The translations under genes and the position numbers were made by a program. Below are positions 63,942 through 64,000 of a stretch of DNA of 64,000 nucleotides, in pieces. The DNA is taken from the NCBI GenBank assembly GCA_002482775.1, contig DLGQ01000039.1, positions 66,182 to 130,181 on the forward strand. Direction: 5' to 3'. Below the pieces are notes generated by a model, which saw nothing but the letters and a program-made list of their open reading frames with translations, made no database searches and was not told where the DNA came from. Within the stretch, counting starts at the first letter, position 1. Each line of letters begins with the position of its first letter. The DNA comes from Flavobacteriales bacterium UBA7690. GTDB taxonomy: Bacteria > Bacteroidota > Bacteroidia > Flavobacteriales_F > PHOS-HE28.

Positions 63942-64000
63942 CTCAGGTCCGAGGCTCTTGTCCACGTTCGGGAACTTGTCGAAGCTGAAGACGGGCACCT
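63843..64000 (-). CDS. carB: carbamoyl-phosphate synthase large subunit, 3' end (partial; short form without the C-terminal MGS-like allosteric domain)
   Basis: VPVFSFDKFPNVDKSLGPEMKSTGE matches the conserved CarB block FPF.KF.G.D..LGPEM(K/R)STGE. The ORF ends 26 codons later and runs off the right edge. Confidence 0.8.
   Translation of the reverse strand, partial: VPVFSFDKFPNVDKSLGPEMKSTGEAIYFIKDLKDPFFRQVYGERSMYLSR

Noticed and set aside
1-64000. Search by eye for tRNA, rRNA, tmRNA, transposase, integrase/recombinase or phage structural genes
   Set aside because: None were recognised: no GGTTCGAATCC-type T-arm in a non-coding context, no DDE/tyrosine-recombinase motif blocks in any supported ORF. 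A proper tRNAscan/HMM run is needed to make this absence firm, especially for a recombinase that could act on the two arrays.

Overview
This is a 64-kb chromosomal segment of roughly 60% GC. Its gene content points to a Bacteroidota genome: three T9SS type-B and one type-A C-terminal sorting domains, DUF4783/DUF4834/DUF2147-type genes, and a short-form carB. I call 60 protein-coding features, all by motif recognition and ORF context; no searches were run. I found no rRNA, tRNA or CRISPR, and no recognisable transposase or integrase. Layout: (1) 0.2-12.1 kb is a glycan-assembly locus unusually rich in SAM methyltransferases. (2) 12.1-21.8 kb holds rlmH, nadC, yihY, a long M1 metallopeptidase and a large repeat-module T9SS cargo. 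(3) 21.8-37.7 kb is a second glycan locus. It contains an 8-gene tightly stacked gene string (gmhA, a reversed-order hldE-like gene, two SDRs, two methyltransferases, a DegT aminotransferase, a NeuD/PglD-type acetyltransferase), plus glycosyltransferases, a flippase and a YfhO-type membrane protein. (4) 38-55.7 kb is a mix of housekeeping and secreted proteins. (5) 55.8-60.9 kb holds six single-gene units, each bounded by a copy of a structured 70-140 nt repeat. (6) 60.9-63.9 kb is a lower-GC array directly downstream of carB. There the last ~32 codons of carB occur five times in the same orientation, each copy followed by a different promoter-less ORF with overlapping or abutting stop/start junctions. 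Region 6, together with region 5, is my best candidate for an undescribed cassette-capture system. Everything about its mechanism is inference.
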